Assembly: GCA_030704615.1 (NCBI GenBank)
Contig: CM060732.1
Location: forward strand, 35,898,001-35,962,000
Length of the DNA: 64,000 nucleotides
Source: Takakia lepidozioides
Lineage: Eukaryota > Plantae > Bryophyta
Reading direction: 5' to 3'
Shown here: piece by piece, positions 51,851-64,000 of the stretch
How the letters are laid out: each line of letters begins with the position of its first letter
How positions within the stretch are numbered: the first letter of the stretch is position 1
Notes under the pieces: model-generated
Databases searched by the model: none
Told to the model about the DNA's origin: nothing
What the model saw: the letters and a program-made list of their open reading frames with translations, nothing else
Program-made: the position numbers and the translations under genes

Positions 51851-53193
51851 ATGTCTGATGTACTTTAGATAGTAAGGATTGGACACACTCTTAGATCACA
51901 ATCATTGTTTTTTGTTTTTTGTTTTTTTTTTGTTTTCCCTCCCCTTCAAGGAACCTTTCATCTTCTACAACTGTCCCTTGTGGTATTCTTTTAATAAGAC
52001 TCTCCAAGGTTGTGTGGGTATAGGGCTGGTTATCACATAGTTCAAATCTAGGGAGAAATTGTAGCATGCAATGTAGCAATTGCAAAATTGGCAAAATGAG
52101 TTCGAACGTAGAAACTATGAGTACTACATGAAACCATGAACACTATAGTTCTTTGTCCGCTAAGGTGGCAAATATAGAGCAATGACAAGGCATGTTGGGG
52201 CGTTGGACAAAGCCATGTCTGAAAGCGTGTAGTGGACAAGAGCTGATTTCAACCAATCAGAGAGCTTAGTCGTTTGTCCAGTCGCTAATCTAGAACCGCT
52301 CTAAGCTAAAAAAGAGCAAGAATTGCCCGACATTCAGTTACATTTCCGGAGTCCATATTTCGAAGATTAGATTTTCAGAACATGGTTTCTTTCTGCCCAA
52401 TTTGCAACTCTAGATATGCCTGTTGCAAGTCTTATTGCATTGTACTTTACCGGGTTTGAACTGAAGAGGTCCTCCTTGTATCACAGATTGCCTGGAATTC
52501 CCATCAAATTGGCTGTGGCTGAAGAACTGCCCCCTCTGCTCCCACACAGAGCCCTTGCCATTCAGGTGCACTGTAGAGCAGTATATTCAGACATGTGTTC
52601 TGGACTTGGGTAGGTTCATGGCTCGTTGACTGAATTGAAACATGACCGGAACACTTGCAGCTAAGCAAGAGACAGTTGGCACACATAGACCGCATCTATA
52701 CCAAAGTATTGCAACATTGCAATGATACAAAAGACCAGGAATATGAAATTCAGTGGTCACAGCGAAGCAACCGCCCAGTGAAAGCCCTTTTATATTACAT
52801 GCACCTGGCTAGAGTTACAGGGTTGCAGGACAACAATCTGGCCAGCTCTATCTGAATGATCAAGCAGTGGCTATATTCAGCATACACAAGTGACGTCGAA
52901 AGGCCATTGCACACTTCTCTGGTGATAGCCCCAGAATGTTAATGACTTCCAGCTTGTTGCAGAACCCTGGTAAGCACAAACTCTGGTTGATACCAGTTAC
53001 AGCTCTTCTCCGGGAGCCTGAAGACCAAATACGGCTTTCTCTGTCTTGCCCCTTAACCCCTGCACCTATCCTGGGCAAAGATGGATACATAGACAAAGTT
53101 ACCCAAGATTGCATTAAAGGTGCCCAGCAAATAACAATATCAGATCTGATTGAGCTTAAAGCTTAAAGAATGTTAACTACTGTGACTGAATTT

Positions 53194-56100
53194 TCATTCT
53201 AAAATTTCTGACAGGGAAGGGTCTCCTGCTGACATGGCCTTAATAATGCGATACAGCTCAGGCTCACTGTTTGCTTTCCAAGGGTACACTGCATGCCAGT
53301 CTGGTGTGTACACCATAGCGGGATCCTCTTTAACCTCACTCTCTAAGAGATATCTCGTTTTGCTCAACGCATAACTGTCAAAGTTCTTGGGACTATCCAA
53401 GGCCATGAAGAGCAGAGGAATTGCCAACTCCTTATGCAGTCTTGCTTTCACAGCAATCGGTAACACAACAAGAAAGTCCGGCACATAGCACCGCGGTATG
53501 TAGTAAATGTCAGACGTAGACACTACAAAGTGCTCATCATCCATGGTGTCTCTGTAATTTGTCCGGTACTCCACAGGCAGTCTTCCCACTACTTTCTTGA
53601 CACCATTTCTGTTGCCCTTGGAGAGATACCATCCAGAGCCGGTGTCATTGAAACCCACGACCTGCCACGCCGCATTCACCTGCACTCGACAATCACAACA
53701 TCAATTAACATTATTGGCCCTAGAAAAGAGAAGATGGGCACCCTCAAAGTCTCTCACATCTGCAGTGTGAGCTGATACATTAGTGGAAGACCATTCATGA
53801 GAAACTGGGCTGGATTTAACCAAAGCAGGCTATGACTTCATGGAACAGTGCTGGAACAATAAACAAACATCTACATAACTAACAAAAGAGGCAACACATG
53901 TAGGGCAACACATGCTAGAAGCCAACCTTATTTAGTGCCCAAAGCTTTGTCTTGTTGGCTGAAGCCAAGTGCCAGTAGTTGAAGACAACAGTCTCCTTCA
54001 TCACCATGAAACCCATTGCATTTGGATACCGCTTGAAAATACCAGGCAATAATCTGCACAAAACCGGAAACGTTCTTATTGTGGGAATGTACGTGAAGGG
54101 CAGGTAGTTTGAAGGAGGGTGAAGATTGCTGACTGCTTCCTACAGAATGTTGACGATACTCTTGCAAAATATGGCCTGAAGAAGAAGACTGGTAGTCAAG
54201 GTGCTTGTATGTCCTTAAGCCATCACTTACAGGAGAAGTAAGAGCTAAATGCCCCGGACTTTGGGTGTGCTCATATTCCGACGGCATGGTCCCAGTCTCA
54301 TACTCACACAAATGGTGTTCATGCAAGACCACGCACAATGTTCACCAATTTGCTACCCACTTGGCAGCTGAGGCCCTTTGAAGCTAGGATCACTGCATAG
54401 AGTAACATCAAAAAATGTAGGCCTGAGTCCAGAATCCCCAACAGATAGCAGGGTCCTAAACACTGCTCTCTGTTGTAAGCTCTGATCTTATACGCTCAAA
54501 GAGCTTAGGAGACAAGAAAAAGAAATCACTCATAAGACGTTTGCCGTAGCCTTGTGGCTATAGACCCTGTGCCCAGTTTGGATGGAACATAAGGGAACAG
54601 ACAATGGCCTTGTGAGGGGCTCACTCCAGTACTGGGACTTGACATTAGTTCGGGCATTCCAGATTTCCTCTAGATAGCCCTTCACACAAGCATCAATCTG
54701 CTGTGAGTGAGCTGCCCAGCAGTTAGACCCCAAGAGAGACAGGGCTTTAGGCTCAGCCTCTGAAGATTTTGAAAAAGTTGGTGAATAGAGGTGCAGAGAC
54801 TAAGTTCTTGATGGTCCTGAAGAGGGTTGCTCTCTGATGAGAATACCCCAGACATTGTATCAGAAAATGGATATTGTCTGGCCGCCTGCACATCAGGCAT
54901 TGACAATCTCTTAGACAAAAGAAAGAGAGTGAGGGAAAGAGAGGGAGACAAAGGGGGTGAGAAACCCAAAACTATGCTGTGTGCTTTTATGAGTCCCTCC
55001 CATCATTCTTCCACTGCCCACTCTTCTCCCAATTTAGTGCAGAGAACACTTACTCATATGACAGCCACCAGTTGCTGGCTTCAACCCCAAGAGAAGCTTC
55101 GTTTTCCTGAGAAAGCACGACAACATGCTTGAATAAACGGCCATACAGCAGCCGCCATGCAAGCACGGTGTGATTCAGAGGCCACGTACACTCAAGAATA
55201 AGTACCATATTCCCATAATACCGCCGCCATTTGAGAAGCTCTGACACCTCAATTCCCATTGCTGAAGTATCTTCCACACCTAAGTGCACCGAGGGGAATG
55301 CACGGGGTACAAATTGCTTGTGTGCCAGGGCAGTTGAGTCACCTGCTTGCTTGTCCAGCTCTGTAGCCAGCAGACGGGGCTGTCTCCAACCCACTGACAC
55401 CAGGTCCTTGAGCCAAGCAGCCGTAAGTTCAACATCCTGAGCTCCCCAGAAACCTTCCTCTCCCATTGCATGGCTCAAGTGAAGGATTTTCTCACATAGA
55501 GACTGCTTTTCTGACCTCCAATGTAGAAGAAAATTGATCAGCCGGCCTGAATGTGAATGCAAGTCCTTCTCGTCTGCAAAAAGGGAGGGCTCGCCAGTAT
55601 CTACCCGCTGGACAGTGGGGGGATACACCACTAGCATTCCACCAATTTCCCAAACGAGTCGCTGTGCCCAGTACCCTCTCACAATGTCAGCAGCCTTGGA
55701 GCTCAATGACACTGGGAGCATGAGGGCCCAGAACCCTGGAGAGTGAAACAATGTATTGAATGCATTGCATGGTGCCATGGTTCCGTGTGGTAGAGCCACA
55801 GGTGGTGCCTGTGGATCAAAGTTGATATGGATAAATTCATCCTCCGTTCTGCGAGTGTTGTAAAAGATGGAGTCAACGTCTGGTAGCCCATTGGCAAGGC
55901 CCTGTTGTATGATTTGATTGCCAGGGTACACCTCTGCGTAAGAGATGTCAGGCGAGATTTGGTGCACGATTTCCAGAGGGAGGCCCCGTGGCCACACTGA
56001 CCCCTGCCCAAAGTGGATAAAAGGGTTCACGACGCTGCGGTTTACAACGCTGCGATACTGCAGCAGGGGGTCGTGGCGGCTTTTCTGGCCTCTCAGCTCC

Positions 56101-56828
56101 ACATCGAATACAAGATCAAGATCCTCACCCAGCACCGAGGTTCTGTCATCGGCGTCATAAATCTTCTTGGCGCCATGCTGGACTGCAAAAAGGTAGCCCA
56201 CGTTCTTCCGCCGGTATGAATTGTAAGGTAGGTAAGTGTTGATTCTATACCCAAGTGCTGCCTGCTGCTCAAGAGACAGAAAAATTGCACCTGGAACTCT
56301 CCAATCAGCAGGAGTTTCGGAGCCTCCGACAGCCAGTAATTGCCAGCCTCCAAGGGTGGCCAAGGCCTGCACCTGCGATGGGGGTGCGCCCAAGGCAGCT
56401 ATGACCACCCACTTATCTGTGTGCACCTTAGGATATACGGTTTTGTCCACTCTTGCACTTATATGCTTAAGGTTCAAATCTGGATACGGAATTTGATCCA
56501 GCTCCTTTGCAGCCGCGTCAATGCAAAGCAGAGCAGCTGTCTCCCCACGGGTCCTGACCAGAATGAGAATCAGAGCACTGAGAAAAACAAAACCAACGAT
56601 GACGACTTTGGAAAGATTGTCCATCAGAAACCCACATGTCGAGCCCCCGGTGCCGTACATGTTTCCCACTCCAGCATATCCACCGAGAGGTTCCCTCTCC
56701 ATCGCGTAATTGCCCCTCTCCTGCCCTTCATCCGAATCATTCTCGGCTGCAAGGCTCTCTTCCTCAGACACATTCCTGGAGCCATTTCCAATCCACGCAG
56801 TTTTCCCGTTTGGCTGTTGCACCAGCAT
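53194..56828 (-). CDS. STL: STELLO-like Golgi glycosyltransferase (DUF288/GT75-related), 3 exons
   Basis: Exons 55054-56828, 53927-54053, 53194-53679. N-terminal MLVQ, TM anchor, RKNVGYLFAVQHGAKKIYDADDR, SVWPRGLPLE, PDVDSIFY, DIVRGYWAQRLVWE, C-terminal MSAGDP. Confidence 0.93.
54530..54860 (-). mobile_element. Intronic LINE 3' fragment, same family as 41040-41420
   Basis: GLTAGQ...DACVKGYLEEIWNART...QYWSEPLTR..SVPLCS parallels the DCD intron fragment. Confidence 0.65.
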
Positions 56829-57615
56829 TGCACCACAGCTTGCTTATACTCAACCAGACAACTGCGACTCCAAGCTGCCATACGCTGGTACGATCATTCC
56901 TTTACCCTACTCCGCCACTTGCCTCTCCACCCCCGCAGATGGGATCCACCTCTACTCCTCCCACCTTGGGCCGATGACACGCACCATGGAAGCTGCACAA
57001 CCAAGAGAGAGTCTGATTGTTCCTCCACCTTTGCTTCACATCCTCATACCCAACGCTGCCGCCGTAGCGCAAATCACAGCTCGCTTCCTGCTCCGCACAG
57101 CGATCGCACAGACAAGCCACAAAACCGAAGCATTCTCCCTCGCAGCGATCAGTGGCAGCGTGCCATCTCCGCCTGCTTCCTTCCTTCGCTATGACGAGGC
57201 CGCGCAATAATGGGCTTCCTCTATTATACACCTCGCACGTGCGATCTTTCGTTCCTACACCCTACGCTACACTTTATTTATTATTTTAAACCATAAACCC
57301 TAGCTCTTTTTTGGCACATTAGCCTGAGTAGCCTCCGTGGCATAATCTCAAGTCAAATTGTTTTTCAAAATAATTATCGAAAAAAGATCTCCAATAAGCC
57401 AACGATTTTTAGTGTAAGTAAGTATTAATTATTAACCTAAACTGTGGCCTCCAAAAAATTCAGAGAATTTCACCAGGGAAACCGAAAACAGTGTCAGAGT
57501 TGGTTTTGTTGTAGCTTCGTTCTAGGATGGGCAGCCCAAGACTTACAAAACCTGTTGGAGGTCAGATCCATGGAAATTTGGTATGTTATTTCCTTACATA
57601 AATGAAATCTAATGC

Positions 57616-60600
57616 CTCTCATTTAACTATAATTGGGACGTTGTTATAGCGCAAGCGCGAGCTGACCAGTGGGCCCTGCGCACGGACGCCCGGCTCCCCC
57701 CACTCGACCCCCGCCCGCCGCTGCGCGCGGTCGCCCACCTGCTGCCACGGCCCCACCAGCCGCGCCCCCCAGTCCGGCGCGGCCAGTCCGCTGCCCGTGA
57801 GTCCAGTTCCCCTCAGTCCGCCCAAACCGCCAGTCTGCCGGCCAGTCTGCTGTGCACGCCAGTCCGCTGTGCCAGTCCCCGCAATTCCACCCAACAGTCC
57901 GTTATGCCCGTCTGCTGCCCCCCAGTCCGCGCCGGCCGAAGGATCTGGATCGTCCATTCTGAGAAACCCATCCACGCCATCCATGTTTAGGGCATGGAAG
58001 ATCGTAACACCCTGCCACGAACTCGCCCACTCGTGTGTTGTGCCATGAGTATGGGCATATGCAAGTCTGCTGGACGGAAGAAATGCAACCACGGCATGAC
58101 GGCGACGCCAAGCGTGGTTCTGATGGGATATCAGTCTGGTCTACTGGACTGTTGGTGTGGCGCGAGTCTATTCTTCATTGGACTACTGGGCCGTCACTGC
58201 CTGCCGAATTCCGAATTGTCTTCTCTCGTCTTATCCCCGAAGTCTCTTCTCTCGTCAGTCTGTTGAACCGTTGGTCAGCTGGAAGTCCGTCTCTTCAGAT
58301 ATGAGTCCATTTAACTACTACCTTTTAATTATCCGAATTGTCGTGAGTCTGCTGAGCCGTCGGACTGCTGGTCTGTCCGTCTCTTCTGATATCAGTCAGC
58401 TGGACTGTCACAAAGTCAGTCTACTGTGGCGCAAGTCTGTTTGCGCTGGGTCTGTTGAGCCGTCATTATTATCACTTGTACGTCTGCTAGACCTATTAAT
58501 GCAACGACGGCGGGAAGGGGCGCCAGTGATCTCGCGCCGCGTCTGAACTCGGACAGAAAGTACGGTTTACGGTTTACTCCCGTATCAGCCGGCCGCCTAG
58601 GGGATACTTTGTCTTTTGGGATATTAGTCTGTTAGAAATCAGTATGTTGTCGCACAAATTACTCGCCAGTCTCTTCGTCAGTCTGTTGAACCTTCCGTCT
58701 GCTGGACTGTCCGTGCAGTGGCATACGAGTCTGTTGTTGCGCAAGTTTGTTTGCAGTGGGTCTGTTCGGCCGTTATGTCATTAGGTTTAAGTCTGCTGGA
58801 CGCAATAAATGCAGCGACGGCGGTAAGGAGGCCCAGTCACGTCGGGACACGTCATCAGACTCCGCACCAGACTCCGCACTCGCCTTAGTCTCTTCGTCAG
58901 TCCGCTTAACCTCAGTCGTCAGTCTATCCTTGCGGTGGCATATGAGTCTGTTGTCGAGGGTACTGGTTCTGCTCGGCCGTCTTTGTCATCAGGAGTATGT
59001 CTGCTGGACTTAATGAATACGACGACGGCAGACTGACGATAGTCCCACTCATCCCGTCTGCTAGACTGTCCGTGCAGTGGCATACGAGTTTGTCCGTTCA
59101 GTGACATACCACCAGCACGTGTGAGGGGTCTACAACTATTTAATGCGATGGCGGCCAAAAAGGGGCGCCAGTGAAATCTCGCTACGTCACTCCGCACATG
59201 CAGGGTTATACCTGTTCTCCAGTTCCTGTTGGACTTCTTTCGCACTGTTTCGTTTAGGGCCCATCTACCTCCCATTTTTGCGAGTCCGCTTTCATTTGTG
59301 CGTGTTAGCTTTTCGAGGCTTGGATAATCGCGTGAGCACCGAATCGTCGCAACAACTATCGTCTGTTGCCCGGTGAGCTTTCTTCTTCGTGCTTCGTGCT
59401 TTGGTTTCTTTCCATTCTCTTTTCCGTTCTTCTCTGCTTTCTTATTCTTAGTCTGTCTGTCGCTCATTGCCGCTGCATCTCTTGTATGATTCTGCAGCCA
59501 TGGAGGATGCTTGTGCAAAGGGTGGAGCAGACTGGTTGCATTTCATGCACAAGTCCAGGCTAAAGGAGCGAAGGTACTGGTACTCACATGAGGAGTATGA
59601 TGCGAAAATAGTCGAAGCATTCTTAGACCTCCGCGCAATCAAACCTGCAGACTCCAACTGGCAGAAGGATAAGCTCCATTGTCCCTTCTGTAGTGAAATT
59701 ATCAAGGACAAAGTGCAGCTAAACCACCATTGTGTTGACACGGGTTGCAAAAACAAGCGCTATATCCCACCTGGCTTCAAGCCGTGGCCAATTCAAAGTT
59801 CAATGAGGGTGGTGAATGCGGCCACCGCCACACTCCGTGGCGCAAACCCAAAGGCCCGCACTTTGGCGGAGGTGCGCGCACGGTATGGGGTGGGTTCGGA
59901 TGTTTCAATGCAAGATATGCATGACCTGACATCGCCATCGCCTGTGGCTCCCAGAAAAAGGAAACTTAGTGATGGGGCCCAGAAGAAGGAAAGAGAAAAG
60001 GCTGCAAGGTCTGCCGGGAGGCGAGGGCAAAATCTCAACACCAGACTCGTCCCCAAGGCAGTGGCGTTACAGGGACTCCATGACACCGTTCAGCAGACTG
60101 CTGATGACACTATTGCTCAGCAGACTGACCTACTACAACAAAAATAGCATGGACAGACTGTCAACACTATCCCAGCCACTGTTCAGGAGAGTGGGTGCAC
60201 TACAGGCCACACCGAGGACGAGGAGACTCATGAGCAGACCGGCGAGCAGATTGAAGGACTGCCTCTGCACCAGACCGTGCAGCATACCGATAACGTCGCT
60301 GTCAAGCAGACCGTCCAGCATACCAATGAGCAGACCGGGCTGCAGACGGATGACTTGACTGTGTACCAACAGACTGTGCAGCATACCGTCCAGCAGACTG
60401 AAAGCAGTCACCACAAAGACAGTGCCCTGCAGACTGTCCAGCAGATTCACGACCACACTGACTTGGAGGATCCAACTACACTTCATGTCCACCAGTCCGG
60501 ATCCTGGCTCGTTGAACCGAGTTGGCTGCACTGGCCTCAACAGGTCCCTGTCTCTGAATTTCTGCGGAGTTCTATCAGTGCATTGACGGAGTCTTCTTTT

Positions 60601-63600
60601 CCCGCCGGGCCATCTCCATATATTGGCACATCGTTTGAGGATATAAGCCGGGCACCGGTAAACCATTCTTCTCCAGTGGCCCATGGCCTGCCATCTATTT
60701 CCATTCAGCTCAGCCCGGTTTTGGTTCGTTCGCTTGCGAAAGCTCTATCTAGATGATTCTTACGTGACCGACCACAATATGGGAACTCAACCCCGTATCA
60801 TTGACCTTACTGAAGAACTAGACGATGTAGTTGCCGCGGATAATTTAGATGTAGGCGGTAGTCAAGTTTTTTCTTCATCAGACCCTGAAGACACGGTTGA
60901 CTTGCAAGTTGATAGATTGATCTCCTCCCTGCAAGAGCAGACCGACCACAAGAGTGACCACCAGGCTGAAGAGCAGACTGACCAGAGCAAAAAGCAGACT
61001 GAGCACCAGACTGACCAGACTGAGGACAGTGAGTAGCAGACTGACACTGAACATGGTCCTCTGAAGGAGGGCCAACATGCCATTCGCCACGCCCACGAAA
61101 GTGTCCACCAGACTCAACAACAGACTGACCACATCGGCGAGCAGACTGAGCACCAGACTGAGGACATTGAGCAGCAGACTGATGTCGAACATGGACAGAC
61201 TAAGGGCCAACATGCCGTTCCCCCCGCACACGAGAGTGTCCACCAGACTCGACAACAAACTAACCATAGTGGCGAGCAGACTGAGCACCAGGCTAATCGC
61301 TCTGAGCAGCAGACTGACGATAACATTGGACAGACTGAGGGCCAACATGCCGCGCTCACAGAGTCTGTCATAATGCCCCTGGCTACAACAGGTTCGGACT
61401 TGGGCGTTCAAGCAGGGGAGCAGTCTGCCCAGTCGCTTTCTTCCAATGACGCCGTACAGGTTGTAACCTGCCGTCTTCCACCTCTGTGATTTCAGATTTA
61501 TGTTCAATTTTTGTGTATTGACAGGATCTGTTGTACCTACATGACTTGAGGACACCGTTTCCCTCCCAGGCAATTCCACAACCCGCCAATGTTGCTCACG
61601 TTGGCTCCACAATCAGAAAAGGTGGCTTACTTACAATGCCAACAGATGCATGGATTAGTTCAACGCATGCGACCCGTGAGGCTGCCAATACAGGTCCTGC
61701 AAGTGTGAACAAGCCTGTAGACACAGTCGTGTTGCGAAGCAGGACCGCATCACTTTGTCAGTCTGCTGAATCGAACCCGACCACAGTAGTCGCCGAATCC
61801 CTGGGCACAAGTAGAGCGAAGAAGCGGACTGTCGTGGAGCAGACTCAGGAAATTCGGGAGGGTCCTGTTGCCAAAAAACCTGCGAAGAAACACAAGTCCG
61901 CTGTCTTCATGAACAAGGACCGCAAAATGGCATTGGATACGGACAAAGAAGTGGTTCTTCAGCGACAAATGCACCAGTGAATAGTCCTCCCAGTCTGCTG
62001 AGTCTGGTCACTCCAGTCTACTTAAAAGTGTGAGACTGCTCAGTCCGCTTGGTCTGGTGAGTCTGGCGAGTCCGCTCAGTCCGCTCGGTATGGGCAGTCT
62101 GTTGAATGGAGTCAATCCGCTCAGACCATTGCGTACATGGGTTTTCATACAAGGCCGTGGTCTGTGTGCAGGTTGGGTTCTTGTTTTGCCGCAGCCCTGC
62201 GAGGGAAAGTCGCGGCTGGCAATTGCATGGTTCACTTTTATGAAGGCGACCCCCAGTATGAATGCTCCATCGGGCCTTCGGACCTGAAGCCACTTGAGAC
62301 GGTGGAGTTGGAGTGCACAGATAGAATGCTGGAGCTGTGGTGTCGTTTCTATGAGAAGACGGTTGAGGAGAAGTACTCAAGTACTGTTGCTCTTCTGCCA
62401 GCCTCAACATGGTCTCGTATGATGACACATTGGGATGGGCCACGGGAAATGCTAGTGGAGTATCTGCATTCTTGCTGGAGCGTCCCTCGGCTCGGCAAAG
62501 ACATAAAAGACTGCCATCGTATAATCATTCCGATTGTGGAGGAGTAAGATCTCGCATACCCAATCTGTTCTGTCGGGCCAGTCTTTTGAATGACGTCACT
62601 ACGTTCACACCTGCCTCTCGCTGGTTGAGTCCGTTCAGTCTGCTCAGTCTGGCAAATCTGCCCAGTCTTTTGAATGAGGACAGTCTGCTCGGTCTGCCCT
62701 CTCAGCCCTGAGTCTGCTCAATCTGCCGAGTCTGCTAAGTCTGCCCATTATGTTGAGTCTGCTCATTATGCCGAGTCTGCTGAGTGATGAGTCTTGTGAG
62801 TCTGCTAGTCGTGACTCTGCCGAGTCGGCTGAGTGTAGTGGGACCAGGTCCCAGTCTACTTGCGAGTCTATAGAGTCTGCTAGAGAGACAATTGGATTGG
62901 TCTGCTGAGAGGACTGCTGCTGTGAGACTCATGAGATTCGTCTTGCAGGGCGCACTGGAGTGTTGTTGTCATTGACTTGCGGAAAGGCTGCTACACTCAC
63001 ATGAACTCCATCGAGTCTTTGCATGGTTGCCCATCTATTTTGTCATGGATACGGAAGCTGCATGTGGAGTGTTTAGGCTACACTATTGATTCACCGGGTT
63101 GGGAGGTCCGAGATTAGAGGTGCACCATAGGACGCATTTGTCATGTAAGCATGCTTTTGAGCATTTGCAACGAAATAAAATATGACTTTGCATACACATC
63201 CTATTGGTCGCATATGAGTGCAATGTGGAGTAGTCGCAGTAGACTTGTGACCAATTCACTACATGTTGTTAAAGCGGACTTACCCCTGCACACACAATCA
63301 TTTTGTTTAACATACTAAGGGAGTCCACTGGTCAGCAAACAGCCGAGAGACAGCAGACTGCCAGAGTACGGGAAGAGATGCGATTGGGAACCATGAGTCT
63401 GCACTGGTGAGCAGACTGTCGAGAGTCACCGGAGTGGTAGAGTACAGGCGGATGGCATTGTCCAGTAGACTGCCAAGTCTGGTCAACAGAGTAATGGAAG
63501 TCCACCATGCTGAGAATGGCCAGTCTGATGGGCAGACTGCATGAGGCTCACTGGTCAGCCAGGTGTAGGCACGTCCAGAACTGGGAGACTGGTCTGCTCA

Positions 63601-64000
63601 GGAGAAGGCTGGCACAACAGACTGTTCAAAGACTGAGTCCCAGCCTGGTACAACAGACTGGTTCAGACACCAGAATAGTGGTTGAGCAGACTAGTTCAGA
63701 CGCCAGAAGACTGGTTTACCAGGCTGGTTGGCAGACAGGTTGGAAGTCTGGTGCACATGCAATCGTACCGCCGAAATTTTATTTCATGGGGAGAATAATA
63801 CTGTACCATTTCCTACATTTCCTACTCTACTTTACAACTGGTATACGGTCTGCGACTCTCCGGATTGTGGAGTATATGTGTGCTGCAGGTGTTGGGGCAC
63901 CAACCCTCTTCCCTGTTTTGCATAAGACCCTGGGTCGCGTTTTCCATGCCTCAACGAAATCCCGTTTCCTTTTCAGCGACATATTGTTGTTGTCATTTAC
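57616..64000 (+). mobile_element. Large DNA transposon (superfamily not determined) carrying a Zn-domain/Ulp1-protease gene; runs off the window
   Basis: Terminus CTCTCATTTAACTATAATTGGG, GC-rich subterminal region, dense CAGACTG/CAGTCTG motifs, Ulp1-like coding pieces. Confidence 0.75.
59500..63895 (+). pseudogene. Transposon-borne Ulp1/C48-like protease gene with N-terminal Zn-binding domain and Q/T-rich linker
   Basis: CPFCSEIIKDKVQLNHHCVDTGC; QQT repeats; spliced RIIIPIVEE|AHWSVVVIDL...HMNS (intron 62544-62948); DSPDCGVYVC at about 63855-63883; internal stops. Confidence 0.7.

Noticed and set aside
56340-57210. 284-aa and 166-aa plus-strand ORFs
   Set aside because: They are antisense shadows of STELLO exon 1 and its 5' UTR, with no motifs.

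Overview
Eukaryotic nuclear DNA from a plant, probably a non-seed land plant (inferred from intron style, gene content and transposon clades). Three intact multi-exon host genes are present: NADPH-cytochrome P450 reductase (31911-37645, +, 18 exons), a D-cysteine desulfhydrase 2-like PLP enzyme (about 38691-42763, +) and a STELLO-like glycosyltransferase (53194-56828, -). The rest is nested, decayed transposon sequence: several Ty3/gypsy pieces (one with a chromodomain, one with a PHD finger), L1-like, CRE-like and RLE-type LINE fragments, MITEs and two large DNA transposons. The most striking structure is a Mutator-like element (about 5.7-15.4 kb). Its GCM-like/MULE/SWIM transposase lies head-to-head with an accessory gene carrying a ParB/Srx-like DGNHR motif, and the first intron of that gene is an array of about 19 units of 116 bp, nearly all holding a 36-bp palindrome. 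This element interrupts an RLE-type LINE whose ORF2 carries a 2A/StopGo-like motif (LLRKGDIHPNPGP). A separate DNA-transposon family with CTCTCATT...TAATTGGG ends occurs three times, encodes an unrecognised zinc-binding N-terminal domain plus a Ulp1-like protease, and is saturated with a CAGACTG motif. All calls were made by eye without database searches, and TE boundaries are approximate.
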